From an uncultured virus (IMG/VR IMGVR_UViG_3300005326_000001) (Duplodnaviria > Heunggongvirae > Uroviricota > Caudoviricetes): 64,000 nt of DNA. A program made the translations under genes and the position numbers. The notes under the pieces were generated by a model that worked only from the letters and a program-made list of their open reading frames with translations, did not search any database and had not been told where the DNA came from. Shown here piece by piece: positions 9,398 to 19,625 of this stretch (its first letter is position 1; each line of letters opens with the position of its first letter). The stretch is from the IMG/VR virus record IMGVR_UViG_3300005326_000001. One strand, written 5' to 3'.

Positions 9398-9524
9398 AAA
9401 GGTGGGGAAAAGTAAGTCGCCTGATACGTGCCCCAAAACTGGACGACCGCAGGGCGGAACACCCCTGTCGCATCAGGACGCAACCCCCACAATAAAGAAA
9501 TAAGCGAAAGGAGGTGGTCTCCAA

Positions 9525-9720
9525 GTGCCAATAACTACTACGATAAATAACAGAACGATAACCATAGAAGACAAAGAACGACAATCCGTAGAGTGTTGGA
9601 GCCGAACGAGTTATGGGGTATTACCAAATTACCACTAACTATAACATCGGCAAAAAACAGGAACACAAAGATAGAAAATTCTTTAAAGAACAATCTTTCG
9701 CCCCCAACATTCAGGAGTAA
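9525..9720 (+). pseudogene. Mini NrdD-like glycyl-radical-domain gene, frameshifted at about 9606-9609
   Basis: AAGGAGGTG RBS plus GTG; joined frames read ...ERQSVECWSR/VMGYYQITTNYNIGKKQEHKDRKFF. Confidence 0.8.
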
Positions 9721-9767
9721 GTATTATCGAAGCAACGTATGACAGTTATCCTCCAGAGTTAGAAAAC

Positions 9768-11417
9768 TTGGACTTGACCCTTATGGATGAACTCCAGAAT
9801 ATAAATTATGCCCAACTGACAGATAAGGAGCAAAAGGCACTCAATGCCTATGTAGGCAAGGTCAATATGGCACTTGGAAGTAGGGCGTGGAGGCTAAGAC
9901 ATCTGTATAAGATAGAGTACAAGGAGAATACTGGGGCAGAGGAAGACGATGACAATACAAGGCAAACTGGGCAGATCGTTGCGTTTAAGCCAAACGGGGC
10001 GCAAAAGGTACTTGAAGACGATACCCACCCCCTGAAGATAATACCAAAATCAAGACAACAGGGAATAACTACATTCTACTGTGTGGACATGTTGGATAGC
10101 TGTTTATTCTCGCCCCCCGACAAACCTATGCGTTGTGGTGTTGTTTGCGACACCCAAAAGAATGCTACGCAAATATTTAAGCACAAAATTAAAGAGGTCT
10201 ACGAGAGACTGCCAGCCTTCATAAGAAACACATATCCACTTCTTACCGACTCCGCCATGGATATGCAGCTAAGTAATAAATCTCATATATCTGTTGGCGT
10301 GACTTATATTGGTCAATCTCTCGACAGGCTCCATATTTCAGAGTTCGGGGTTATATGCCAGAAGAACCCAGAGAGGGCGGAGGAGATAGTTCGTGGCGCA
10401 CTAAATACCGTTGCCGTTGGTCAGCAGATAACCATAGAATCCACAGGTCGTGGTAAGGGTGGATATTTCTACGAATACTGTATAGCTGCCGACAAGAAAA
10501 AGAAACTCGGTACACATCTTACAGACCTTGACTATAAGTTATTTTTCTTCCCGTGGCATGAAGACCCCTCGTGTGTACTTGACCCGACTCACGTGGTTAT
10601 ACCCCAAGAGGTACAGGATTATTTTGACAAAATCGAAACCCAGTTAAACATAAAACTAACCCCAGAACAGAAGGCATGGTACGTAAAAAAGAAAGAACAG
10701 CAGGGCGTAAATCTACACCAAGAGTACCCCTCAATGCTTGAGGAGTGTTTCGAGGAAGACCTTGAGGGCGCATACTATGCTAAGCAGTTTATCCAGATAA
10801 GGAAAGACAGGAGAATCTGCAAGGTTCCGTTTATGCAAGGGTCACTAGTTTATACTGGGTGGGACTTGGGCGTGTCAGACAAGACCGCAATATGGTTTGC
10901 CCAGATAGTGGGGAGGGAAATTCACCTTATAGACTACTATGAAAACAGTGACGAACAACTTGGTCACTATGCGTGGCTACTTAAAGAGAAGGCTAATACC
11001 CTCGGTTATAAATATGATGAATATATAGCCCCACATGATATAAACGTGCGTGATTTTTCTGCCGAGGGTGACAGGATTGAGATGGCAAGAAAGCAGTATG
11101 GGCTTAAGTTTTTCAGGGTGGTTCGTGGCGGTCTTGCCGAGGGAATAGAAATCACCAGACAGATGTTGTCTCAATGCGTGTTTGACGAAGCCAAGACAGA
11201 AAACGGCTATAATCAACTAGAAAGCTACCGGAAGAAATATAATGAGCAGTTAGGCAAGTACGAAGACACCCCAGTAAGAGGCAATGAGTGTCACTGTGCT
11301 GATGCCTTCCGCACCCTCATGGTAAGATTGCACCAGATAATGTATGGTGGTAGTACCAAGCGACAGTATCAGTGTATTATGTCAAATATAAAGGATAAAT
11401 GGAGTGGTTATACTTAA
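9768..11417 (+). CDS. terL: Terminase large subunit
   Basis: KSRQQGITT (Walker A), LHISE (Walker B), IESTG, GWDLGVSD and HCADAFR nuclease motifs. Confidence 0.95.
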   Translation: MDLTLMDELQNINYAQLTDKEQKALNAYVGKVNMALGSRAWRLRHLYKIEYKENTGAEEDDDNTRQTGQIVAFKPNGAQKVLEDDTHPLKIIPKSRQQGITTFYCVDMLDSCLFSPPDKPMRCGVVCDTQKNATQIFKHKIKEVYERLPAFIRNTYPLLTDSAMDMQLSNKSHISVGVTYIGQSLDRLHISEFGVICQKNPERAEEIVRGALNTVAVGQQITIESTGRGKGGYFYEYCIAADKKKKLGTHLTDLDYKLFFFPWHEDPSCVLDPTHVVIPQEVQDYFDKIETQLNIKLTPEQKAWYVKKKEQQGVNLHQEYPSMLEECFEEDLEGAYYAKQFIQIRKDRRICKVPFMQGSLVYTGWDLGVSDKTAIWFAQIVGREIHLIDYYENSDEQLGHYAWLLKEKANTLGYKYDEYIAPHDINVRDFSAEGDRIEMARKQYGLKFFRVVRGGLAEGIEITRQMLSQCVFDEAKTENGYNQLESYRKKYNEQLGKYEDTPVRGNECHCADAFRTLMVRLHQIMYGGSTKRQYQCIMSNIKDKWSGYT

Positions 11418-11593
11418 TGCCTATCACCTCTGAAATAATCGGTTACGAGGATGTTTCTGGTACGTATTGTCCCCCCTGTTGGCATACCCATAAACATGCC
11501 CCCGATTCGATCACCCTTATCCTCGCAAGTATTCAGCACGACCTTGACCAAACAATAATCTGTGATTCCTGCCAAAACCCTATTTGGGAGTAG
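11399..11593 (+). CDS. Small Cys-rich hypothetical protein
   Basis: CPPC and CDSC pairs. Confidence 0.45.
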   Translation: MEWLYLMPITSEIIGYEDVSGTYCPPCWHTHKHAPDSITLILASIQHDLDQTIICDSCQNPIWE

Positions 11594-11792
11594 GTCTAAG
11601 TATCTCCATAGACACTACTGGTGCTTCCCACATGATCAGCAACAGGTTATGTGCTGGGTTAGATATACCCCGATATTTCCACGAATAATACCTACTCTTG
11701 CTCACACCCAATATCCCGCATAACTGAAGTACATTAACCCCCAGTCTTTTCCTTAACACCACCAAGTCATCATAAACTATCTCTTGCTTCAT
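11580..11792 (-). CDS. XRE-like HTH protein
   Basis: LRKRLG...LCGILGVSKSRYYSW; GGAGG RBS; opposite strand inside the packaging module. Confidence 0.7.
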   Translation of the reverse strand: MKQEIVYDDLVVLRKRLGVNVLQLCGILGVSKSRYYSWKYRGISNPAHNLLLIMWEAPVVSMEILRPTPK

Positions 11793-11967
11793 TTTACCTC
11801 CTTTGAATGTGCTACAAAAATAACACAGAAAAGGATTCTGTCAACAGATGTGTCCTAAAAATAGCAAAATAGCAGTTTAACTATAATACTATCTTGACGA
11901 ATCGCTATTTGTGGTTATATATGGCATACGTAGTGTAGTGTAACTCACGCATTAACAAGGACAATTA

Positions 11968-14076
11968 ATGTTTCAACCAGCCCAGCCGTTCTTTAAGAGT
12001 GCAGTACAGGTAGAGCGTGACCGCCTTGAGAAGGATGCTTCTGTTAAGCGAAGTTTATTGGCACAGGAAACTATAAGTTCACTTGACGGGTATGTGCGGA
12101 AATGTTGGGCGACCGCAAGGGATGCCAAGATAGACAAGCAGAAGGTTATGCTTGAATCGGCTAAACAGGAACGCAGTGAATATACCGATGAAAAACTGGC
12201 ATCCATAAAAAAAACCAATGGGTCAGATGTATTTATAAACATAACCTCCCCCCGATGTGAGTCTACCATAGCCATGCTTCGGGACATATTTGGAATGAGC
12301 AACGACAAGCCTTGGCTTCTTACCCCATCTCCAATTCCAGAATTACCCCAAGAAGTCCTCGCACAGATTCAGCTTAAAATAGCTGAAGAACTCGCAAATA
12401 ATCCACAAAGTCAAGAACTCACCCAACAGGATTTGGGGGAAGTCGAGGCGCGTCTCACCGAAGAGGTAAAAAGGCCAATACAGAAAGAGGCTGAAAAACG
12501 TGCCGAAGGCATGGAAAAAAGAATCAATGACATACTCATAGAGGGCAACTGGAAACAGGCAATCTACCAGTGTATATCTGATTACGTGGTTTATAAGGCT
12601 TGTATCCTTAAAGCCCCTATCGTGAGAATGAAAAAAACCACAGCCTACCAGGTAGATATGATGGGAAGAACAAAGGTAGTGGTGGTTGAAAAACCAGTAT
12701 ACGCCTTTGAGAGAGTTTCCCCATTTAATATATATGAAGCGCCACATTCCTCCGATGTGAACGATGGATACCTTGTTGAAAGACACCAACTTACCAGAGA
12801 ATCACTAAGTGGAATGCGTAACCTCCCCGGATATAGAAAAGAAATCATAGACGAAATACTTCTCAAAGAGGGTGGGTCAGGGTGGCTATTTGATAACGAA
12901 GAACAGATTAAAGCAGAACAGAAAGACGATACCTTCCTTACCAGTCACCCAGAGGATTTGTTCGAGGCACTGGAGTTCTGGGGCGGGGTACAGGGCAAGG
13001 ATTTGATAGAGTGGGGATTCAAGGATAAAAAGGTGGTTATTGAGCCGACCAGAGTTTATCAGGTGAATTTATGGGATGTAAATGGCAAGGTTATAAAAGT
13101 CGTACTTAACCCTGATCCGCTGGGGGAAAAACCATACCACAAAGCCAGCTTTAAAGAAGTAGCAGGTTCATTCTGGGGCAGGGGTATACCAGAGATACTA
13201 AAAGACATACAGGCATTATACAATTCGGTTATGCGTTCTATTGGGAATAATACCGCCATCGCTTCCGGCCCGCAGGTGACAATAGATACCTCACAAGTTG
13301 TTCCCGGACAAGACATCACGCAGCTTATACCTTGGGGTATTCACCTTACTGACTCCACTGGTTCGGGTATGCCTTATGACGCTGCCAATAAAAAACCAGT
13401 AGAGTTCTGGCAACCAGATATGAACGCCTTACAGCTTTTACGTGTTGCCGATTCCCTCTTAAGATATGCGGATGAATGTAGCGGTATACCTTCGTACTCC
13501 TATGGCGTGGGTTCACCGGGTGGTGCAGGACGTACCGCCACAGGACTTGCGATGTTTATGAACCAAGCTGGCAAGGTAATGAAAACAGTGGTTACGAACT
13601 TCGAGGAGAAGGTGGTGTGTTCGTCCATCAGAAAAATATACGACTATGAGATGTTGTTCGGGACGGACGAATCAATCAAAGGGGATTTACAGGTACAGAC
13701 AAGAGGTATAACGGCATTGTTAGCCAAAGAACAACTACTCGTGAGAAAGAATGAGTTTATACAGGCAACCTCCAATCCAGACGATAGGGCACTGATGGGA
13801 GCTAAGGGAAGACTGAATCTCCTTCGTGATATGGCTAAGAGTCTTGAACTTGACCCAGATGATTATTTGCCTGACGAATATGAGCTAAAGAAAATGGAAG
13901 AAGAGAAGGCACAGGCACAGAATATGATGGCACTGCAACAGCAGATAGCGGGACAGCAGATGGCACAGGGTGGACAGGGTGGGGTACCCCAGCAGTCACC
14001 AGCCAATCTGGATATGATGGGAGTTCCCGTACAGGGCACAGACACGGAAATCTTTTTGGCAAACAAGGGAGCGTAA
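11968..14076 (+). CDS. Portal protein (podovirus type)
   Basis: 702 aa after TerL; ERVSPFNIY, FWGRGIPE, RTATG; Q-rich tail. Confidence 0.9.
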   Translation: MFQPAQPFFKSAVQVERDRLEKDASVKRSLLAQETISSLDGYVRKCWATARDAKIDKQKVMLESAKQERSEYTDEKLASIKKTNGSDVFINITSPRCESTIAMLRDIFGMSNDKPWLLTPSPIPELPQEVLAQIQLKIAEELANNPQSQELTQQDLGEVEARLTEEVKRPIQKEAEKRAEGMEKRINDILIEGNWKQAIYQCISDYVVYKACILKAPIVRMKKTTAYQVDMMGRTKVVVVEKPVYAFERVSPFNIYEAPHSSDVNDGYLVERHQLTRESLSGMRNLPGYRKEIIDEILLKEGGSGWLFDNEEQIKAEQKDDTFLTSHPEDLFEALEFWGGVQGKDLIEWGFKDKKVVIEPTRVYQVNLWDVNGKVIKVVLNPDPLGEKPYHKASFKEVAGSFWGRGIPEILKDIQALYNSVMRSIGNNTAIASGPQVTIDTSQVVPGQDITQLIPWGIHLTDSTGSGMPYDAANKKPVEFWQPDMNALQLLRVADSLLRYADECSGIPSYSYGVGSPGGAGRTATGLAMFMNQAGKVMKTVVTNFEEKVVCSSIRKIYDYEMLFGTDESIKGDLQVQTRGITALLAKEQLLVRKNEFIQATSNPDDRALMGAKGRLNLLRDMAKSLELDPDDYLPDEYELKKMEEEKAQAQNMMALQQQIAGQQMAQGGQGGVPQQSPANLDMMGVPVQGTDTEIFLANKGA

Positions 14077-14340
14077 ATGGCAAGTTGGCAGAAAGAAACT
14101 ATTGACGCAATCAATAGGCTGAAGTTTGTAAATGGACGTGATTTTGAGTTGTTTATTGACCTCCTAAAAAGAGAGAAGATAAATCACGAAAGACCGTTAA
14201 GCGGTACAATATACCTCAATGACAATAATCTGTTGAGGGAAATAATAGGTGGGGATAAGGTGTTGTCTCGGTTAATAGAGGCAATAGAGTCCCCAGAAAA
14301 ATCACCAATCTTCCAAGAGACAAACGGAAGGAAGGAGTAA
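14077..14340 (+). CDS. Small protein following portal
   Basis: Coupled ORF in a typical head-module position. Confidence 0.6.
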   Translation: MASWQKETIDAINRLKFVNGRDFELFIDLLKREKINHERPLSGTIYLNDNNLLREIIGGDKVLSRLIEAIESPEKSPIFQETNGRKE

Positions 14341-14344
14341 CACA

Positions 14345-15301
14345 ATGCCAAGAGCAAACAGCTATTCAGACAGCACAATAAGGTCATTTCTTACAAGTGC
14401 GGGTATACCCACTGGTGGAACAGTATTCTACCTTGATACTGTAAATGGGAGCGATTCAAACGATGGCAAAGCCCCCAATAAGGCTTTTAAAACACTTATA
14501 GAGGCAGAAGGCTATTTGACAGCTAACAAGAACGATGTCCTTGTGCAGATTGCAGGAGCTACCGCTGCTTCTACATCCACAACCGGACTTGATTGGGACA
14601 AGAACTATACCCATTATATCGGCTTCTGTGCTGATGTTGCGGCTGGAAAAAGAGCCAGAGTCACCGCTTCCTCCACATCTGTCGTTGCCTCAATGTTCAC
14701 TGTTTCCGCATCCGGCTGTATCTTCCGCAATCTCCAGTTCTTCTATGGGGTCGCTTCCGCTGCCGCTAAATATGCCGTTAAGGTTACTGGGCAGAGAAAT
14801 GAGTTTACAAATTGCCAGATTTCTGGCATTGGAGATGCTACACAGGATGTCTCTGGGGCATGTTCACTGTATCTCAATGGAGCGGATGAGTGCACATTCA
14901 AAGATTGCTATATCGGTCTTAATACCATAGCAAGAGGAACGGCTGTAAATTCCGAGATACTGGTGGACTCCACCGCCCTCAGAAATCATTTCAAAAATTG
15001 TTTCCTCACTGCAATGATTGAGGCTGATACTCATACATTCGTTACCCTTTCTGGGACAAGTGCAATCGGCAGTGAGATGGTGTTTGATAATTGTGTATTT
15101 AACTCACAGTCTGTCAACCATGGTATCACAATGGCATCTGCTTTCACAATTCCGGCAAACCACACAACCGCCTATATCATCCTTCGTAACTGCGGTACAA
15201 CCGAGATTACCGCATGGGATGCCGCAACACGTGGGCACACCTTCATAATTGACGGAACGACCTCTGCGGATTCCTCTTCGGGATTTGCAGCCAAAATATA
15301 A
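14345..15301 (+). CDS. Beta-helix (pectate-lyase-like) virion protein, possible head fibre
   Basis: FYLDTVNGSDSNDG.....AFKT; repeated F.NC motifs. Confidence 0.7.
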   Translation: MPRANSYSDSTIRSFLTSAGIPTGGTVFYLDTVNGSDSNDGKAPNKAFKTLIEAEGYLTANKNDVLVQIAGATAASTSTTGLDWDKNYTHYIGFCADVAAGKRARVTASSTSVVASMFTVSASGCIFRNLQFFYGVASAAAKYAVKVTGQRNEFTNCQISGIGDATQDVSGACSLYLNGADECTFKDCYIGLNTIARGTAVNSEILVDSTALRNHFKNCFLTAMIEADTHTFVTLSGTSAIGSEMVFDNCVFNSQSVNHGITMASAFTIPANHTTAYIILRNCGTTEITAWDAATRGHTFIIDGTTSADSSSGFAAKI

Positions 15302-15434
15302 GATTGATTTTAACCCAGTGCCTTCGTGAGTGATTGCGGGGGCACTGGACAAACGATAGACAGAAAAGAATAAACCGTGAATACCCTGATTTTAGCCCCG
15401 AAATACGGGAGACTGACAGTGGCTCACAAACAAG

Positions 15435-16532
15435 ATGGAGTACAAAATGGCAACAAAGGTGACAAATCTGGCGGAGGCAAGAAAGAACGTGGAAGAACTG
15501 AAAGCTAAGTATGCTAATGGTGCAACCGAGACTGGCGTTGCTGTGGAACCAGACCCAAATCCTGTTCCGGCAGAACCGATTGTTTCACCCGCACCCCTTC
15601 CCGACCCACAGCCTCTACCGCAAGTGGCGGCAGAACCAGTTCAACCTGTAGTTCAGCCCGAACCAGTAATTCCTGTGAGTGATGAATTTGAGAAGAAATA
15701 CAAAACTCTTATGGGAAAATACAAGGCAGAGACAAAACAACAGGAAGCTGTAATAGCCACATTGCAACAGCAACTCGCAGAAGTAAGCGAACAGGTCAAG
15801 GCAATAACAGACGAAAAGGCTAAATCTCCAAAACCGGAACTCACGCCCACGGTAGAGGATTATGAATCCCCGATATTCAGCGTGGAGGATGCAAGCGAGA
15901 TAGCCAATATAGCCGATAAAAAACTTGGAATAACGAAGTCTATTAATGCGTTATCGCAGGAAATAGCCTCGATAAGACAGGAAATGGCTAACGTCTCACA
16001 AAACCTTACCAGTGTGTCATCTACAACTAAGCTCACAAGGGAAGAACAGATACAGTTTACTCTTGACAGCCTCTCTCCTAAATGGAGAGAACTTGACCGA
16101 AGTCAGGATTTTTGGGACTGGGCAGAGATTACGCCCATAAGTGATTATTCTCCGGTGTCCATTAAGGCACGTATCAACGAAGCCTACAATGCTGGGACTG
16201 CCGAGGATGTTCAAGTAGTAGCGAAGATATTTAACGATTATCTGGCGACACAAAAACCAGTAGTCAAAAACGTAGCAACGGAAATTCCACAACCTATCGC
16301 TCAACCTGTGGCACAGCCCATCATACAACCAGAAAACCCACTGCTTAACCATGTAGTGCCGGACACCTTGGCAACCCAGCCAATACAAGCCAAGCCTCCT
16401 GCGGAAACATACAAAAAAAGCGAAGTGGATGCAATGCTTGTGGAGATGGCAAGAAAACCGCAGAACGAAAGACATGAGTTGATGGAGAAAATCAAAAGAG
16501 CCTATGCGGAAGGTAGAGTTTTAGTGGGGTAA
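15435..16532 (+). CDS. Capsid scaffolding protein
   Basis: P/E/Q-rich, KYKTLMGKY coiled coil, ends AYAEGRV; upstream of capsid gene. Confidence 0.8.
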   Translation: MEYKMATKVTNLAEARKNVEELKAKYANGATETGVAVEPDPNPVPAEPIVSPAPLPDPQPLPQVAAEPVQPVVQPEPVIPVSDEFEKKYKTLMGKYKAETKQQEAVIATLQQQLAEVSEQVKAITDEKAKSPKPELTPTVEDYESPIFSVEDASEIANIADKKLGITKSINALSQEIASIRQEMANVSQNLTSVSSTTKLTREEQIQFTLDSLSPKWRELDRSQDFWDWAEITPISDYSPVSIKARINEAYNAGTAEDVQVVAKIFNDYLATQKPVVKNVATEIPQPIAQPVAQPIIQPENPLLNHVVPDTLATQPIQAKPPAETYKKSEVDAMLVEMARKPQNERHELMEKIKRAYAEGRVLVG

Positions 16533-16589
16533 ATACCTCTCTACGGCTACTCTGTCCGACAAGGCAGTTAACAAAAAAGGAGTCATAAT

Positions 16590-17510
16590 ATGGCTTATCC
16601 AGTAGCATCAGGACAGAATAGTCTTAGTGGTATCTATATTCCCGAACTGTGGAATGCAGAGACCATTATGAATTTCATGGACGCGACAGTCTTTGAAAAA
16701 ATTGCAAACACAAAGTACGAAGGAACTCTCAAGAAATTTGGCGATACACTCCATATTCCTATCGATCCGACAGTTGTTTCCCACAACTATGTCAAGGGTC
16801 AGAATTTGATTGCCGACCAGCTTGATGTTTCTACAATCACCATGTATATCGACAAAGGAAAGTACACAAACACACAGATTGAAGACGTGGATGTGGCACA
16901 GTCCAATGTTGACATCATGGGCAGGTATACATCGGTTGCCGCAAAACAGCTTAAGATTGACGTGGATGCGGATGTTCTTTCTGGCATAGCCTCTGATATT
17001 TCTGCTGACAACATGGGTGCAGCCGCTGGTGTGAACAGTGGAAGTTACAATCTCGGAACAACTGGTGCACCTATCGGACTTACCACGGAAAATGTTGTTC
17101 AGAAAATTACAGACCTCGGTTCAGTTCTTGACGAGCAGAATGTTCCCGATGACGGCAGATGGTTGGTTATACCTTTCTGGACATACAATAAGCTGAAAAA
17201 TTCCGACCTGAAAGACGTTTCCATGACTGGTGACGGGAAGACCCCACTGAGAACAGGTCTCGTTGGAATGATAGACAGGTTTGAGGTCTATACCTCGAAT
17301 CAGCTTCCTACCGCCACCGATACAGTCACCTGTTGGGACATCTATGCGGGACATCCGATGGGACTGTCTTTTGCCGCACAGGTGGAGAAATCCAGACTCA
17401 TCGAAGCAGAGAAAGCCTTTGCGAAGTTGGTACAGACACTTCTCGTTTATGGTTATAAGGTTACAAAACCCGAAGCCATCGCCAGGCTGTACTGCAAGAA
17501 CTCAGCATAA
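16590..17510 (+). CDS. Major capsid protein (HK97 fold)
   Basis: YIPELW, YEG...GDT..I, LDEQNVPDDGRWLV, VYGYKV.KPEA. Confidence 0.92.
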   Translation: MAYPVASGQNSLSGIYIPELWNAETIMNFMDATVFEKIANTKYEGTLKKFGDTLHIPIDPTVVSHNYVKGQNLIADQLDVSTITMYIDKGKYTNTQIEDVDVAQSNVDIMGRYTSVAAKQLKIDVDADVLSGIASDISADNMGAAAGVNSGSYNLGTTGAPIGLTTENVVQKITDLGSVLDEQNVPDDGRWLVIPFWTYNKLKNSDLKDVSMTGDGKTPLRTGLVGMIDRFEVYTSNQLPTATDTVTCWDIYAGHPMGLSFAAQVEKSRLIEAEKAFAKLVQTLLVYGYKVTKPEAIARLYCKNSA

Positions 17511-17528
17511 GGTTGGGAAATGGGTTTA

Positions 17529-17557
17529 AGGGGGTAGGATATACCTGCCCCCTATTT
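17529..17557 (+). terminator. GC-rich hairpin after the capsid gene
   Basis: AGGGGGTAGG-ATATA-CCTGCCCCCT with a weak T tract. Confidence 0.5.
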
Positions 17558-17587
17558 GAGTATCACCAGTAATTATGGAGAAAAAAC

Positions 17588-18058
17588 ATGGCAACATATG
17601 ATGTAACAGTTGGAGCTAATACTAAAATGGCTTCGGTCATGGGGGCGAAGGTCTATTTCCTAAAAAGGGAAATTAACATTGAGGATGAGATAGCAGCCGA
17701 TGCTACCCTTACCACCAATGCCAAGATAACCTCTGCGGATATTCTGCAAGCTATCGATATTCCGAAAAACACTTGGGTTCTTGGAACATTCGTAAGGGTT
17801 GTGACTGCTTCTACGGATGCCACTCTTACCGTTGGTATAGGCGATGCTGATGGGGCTACAAGTTGGGATGCCTCAGTGAACCTTGCCACCACTACAAACA
17901 CAATGACAATAACCGATGCATACAGCCTTGCTGCTGCAAGCGGTAAACTGTATACCTCGGCAGATACCATTGATGTGACATTCAACAACGATGCCACCAA
18001 TGGCGTGTTCCTGCTTGGGGTAATGTGTGTTGACGTGAGTGACGCAAACGATGCGTAA
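17588..18058 (+). CDS. Capsid decoration/cement protein
   Basis: Beta-rich, A/T/D-rich, directly after capsid gene. Confidence 0.7.
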   Translation: MATYDVTVGANTKMASVMGAKVYFLKREINIEDEIAADATLTTNAKITSADILQAIDIPKNTWVLGTFVRVVTASTDATLTVGIGDADGATSWDASVNLATTTNTMTITDAYSLAAASGKLYTSADTIDVTFNNDATNGVFLLGVMCVDVSDANDA

Positions 18059-18119
18059 TAAGAAATCGTAATAAGCGTGGGGGTATTAAAAGTACCCCCT
18101 GCTTAAACAAAAACACTAA

Positions 18120-18566
18120 ATGGAGTTAAAATTTATGCAACCTCGTATTAACGGAATGAAGTTTTACTCGAACATGAAGTATGTCATTAACAGCCAGACT
18201 GGATATGTTTTTGTGGCTTCAGGCTGGATAAAGAGAAACCCGTTTATTGAGAACTATATTCCCAATGAATATGAGGATACCAAGAAGCAGAAGGAAGAGG
18301 CAAGGGTAGAGGTGGTGGCTAAGGCAGCGGAACCTCCGATGGTGGAACCTCCAGCAAAAGAGCCTCCAGTGGTGGAGTCTGCTACAGGGGAAAACCCCCA
18401 AGTTGACCCGCCTGTGGTTCTTTCGATGCCGACCTTCACTGATACCAATGAAAAATGGCTTGCCTTCGCCAAACAGGAGGGAATCTCTGTTCCCGAAGGC
18501 GCAAAAAGGAAAGAGATTCAGTACACAGTAAAAAAATCTATGAGGGTTATAAACGCCCAGAAATAA
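18120..18566 (+). CDS. Hypothetical protein with VEPP repeats
   Basis: ORF in the structural operon. Confidence 0.6.
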   Translation: MELKFMQPRINGMKFYSNMKYVINSQTGYVFVASGWIKRNPFIENYIPNEYEDTKKQKEEARVEVVAKAAEPPMVEPPAKEPPVVESATGENPQVDPPVVLSMPTFTDTNEKWLAFAKQEGISVPEGAKRKEIQYTVKKSMRVINAQK

Positions 18567-18575
18567 GGACAGCCA

Positions 18576-19616
18576 ATGCCGACAATGACATTTGGTGAGA
18601 TAAAAACTGCTGTGAAGGATGAATTAAGTGTATATGGGCAGACCATACTTAAGGACTCTATCATAGAAAGAAAGATTAACGAGGGTCTACAGGAATTTGC
18701 TGAATACGCATATTGCTGTACTAAAACAGCCTCGCTCACTCTTTCTACTACAGATACCGCAAGTAGCACGGTCACAACCACAGATGCCACCCCCACCGTT
18801 ATAGCCTCGATAGATGTGGAAGAGGGCAGTGTGGTATTTGTGGAGGCTACAGTTATAGGCAACCAGTCTGGCGGTGTAAATGCTGGCAGTTCTATTATAA
18901 AAGGATTGTTTAGTAGGACTTCTGGGGGCAATGTGACGCAGACGGGGGGCACAGAAGAAAACGCTAATTTGCCCTCTGGGTGGGATGTCTACTACACCGC
19001 AAACACCACCGACCAGACCATAGACATATATGTGGTGGGTGCAACCAGTTCCACTATCGTGTGGGGCGTGAGTGCCAAAGTAACGGCTATCCCAGGCCTG
19101 ACGGTTACACTCGAAGGTGCAGGACTGTATACCCTCCCGACCGATATGTATATGCCGATAAGGTATACGTGGGATAGTAAAAAGGTGGATGTGGTCTCGA
19201 CCGCACAGATGGACAGTGCATTCGGAGCAGGATGGGAAGAAACTGTGGGAACTGACATACTGTATGTGATACATGACAACTACGGGGAAAGAAATATAAG
19301 GGTGTATCCGCTTATTGAGGATGCAAACGTGATTGAGGGTAAACCACTCTATTTCACCTATAGGTATAAACCTGCCACGCTTACAGCAACGGGCAGCATC
19401 CCAGATATTCCGAGCCAGTATCACCCCGCGCTTGCAGATTATGCGATAGGGTCACTGTATAGCGTAAACAAGGGAAACCAGATGAACCCCATGATGGGGG
19501 ACAGGTATATGGCAAAATTTTATAGGGCTGTATCCAAAGCCAAAAAACAGGCTATTGTGGGATACTCCCTTATTCCAGATATGAGAATATCGCCCAATAT
19601 AGCCTCATACGGCTAA
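18576..19616 (+). CDS. Head-tail adaptor/tail ring protein 1 with inserted beta domain
   Basis: MTFGEIK..V...INEG..EF, YTLP.D, IRVYP, PDIP..YHPALADYA. Confidence 0.75.
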   Translation: MPTMTFGEIKTAVKDELSVYGQTILKDSIIERKINEGLQEFAEYAYCCTKTASLTLSTTDTASSTVTTTDATPTVIASIDVEEGSVVFVEATVIGNQSGGVNAGSSIIKGLFSRTSGGNVTQTGGTEENANLPSGWDVYYTANTTDQTIDIYVVGATSSTIVWGVSAKVTAIPGLTVTLEGAGLYTLPTDMYMPIRYTWDSKKVDVVSTAQMDSAFGAGWEETVGTDILYVIHDNYGERNIRVYPLIEDANVIEGKPLYFTYRYKPATLTATGSIPDIPSQYHPALADYAIGSLYSVNKGNQMNPMMGDRYMAKFYRAVSKAKKQAIVGYSLIPDMRISPNIASYG

Positions 19617-19625
19617 GGAGATAAC

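Noticed and set aside
9420..9480. Hammerhead ribozyme
   Set aside because: CTGATAC does not fit the CUGANGA core, and no correctly placed GAAA
5693..9767. Small terminase subunit upstream of terL
   Set aside because: No ORF showed recognisable TerS features; it may be outside the window or too divergent
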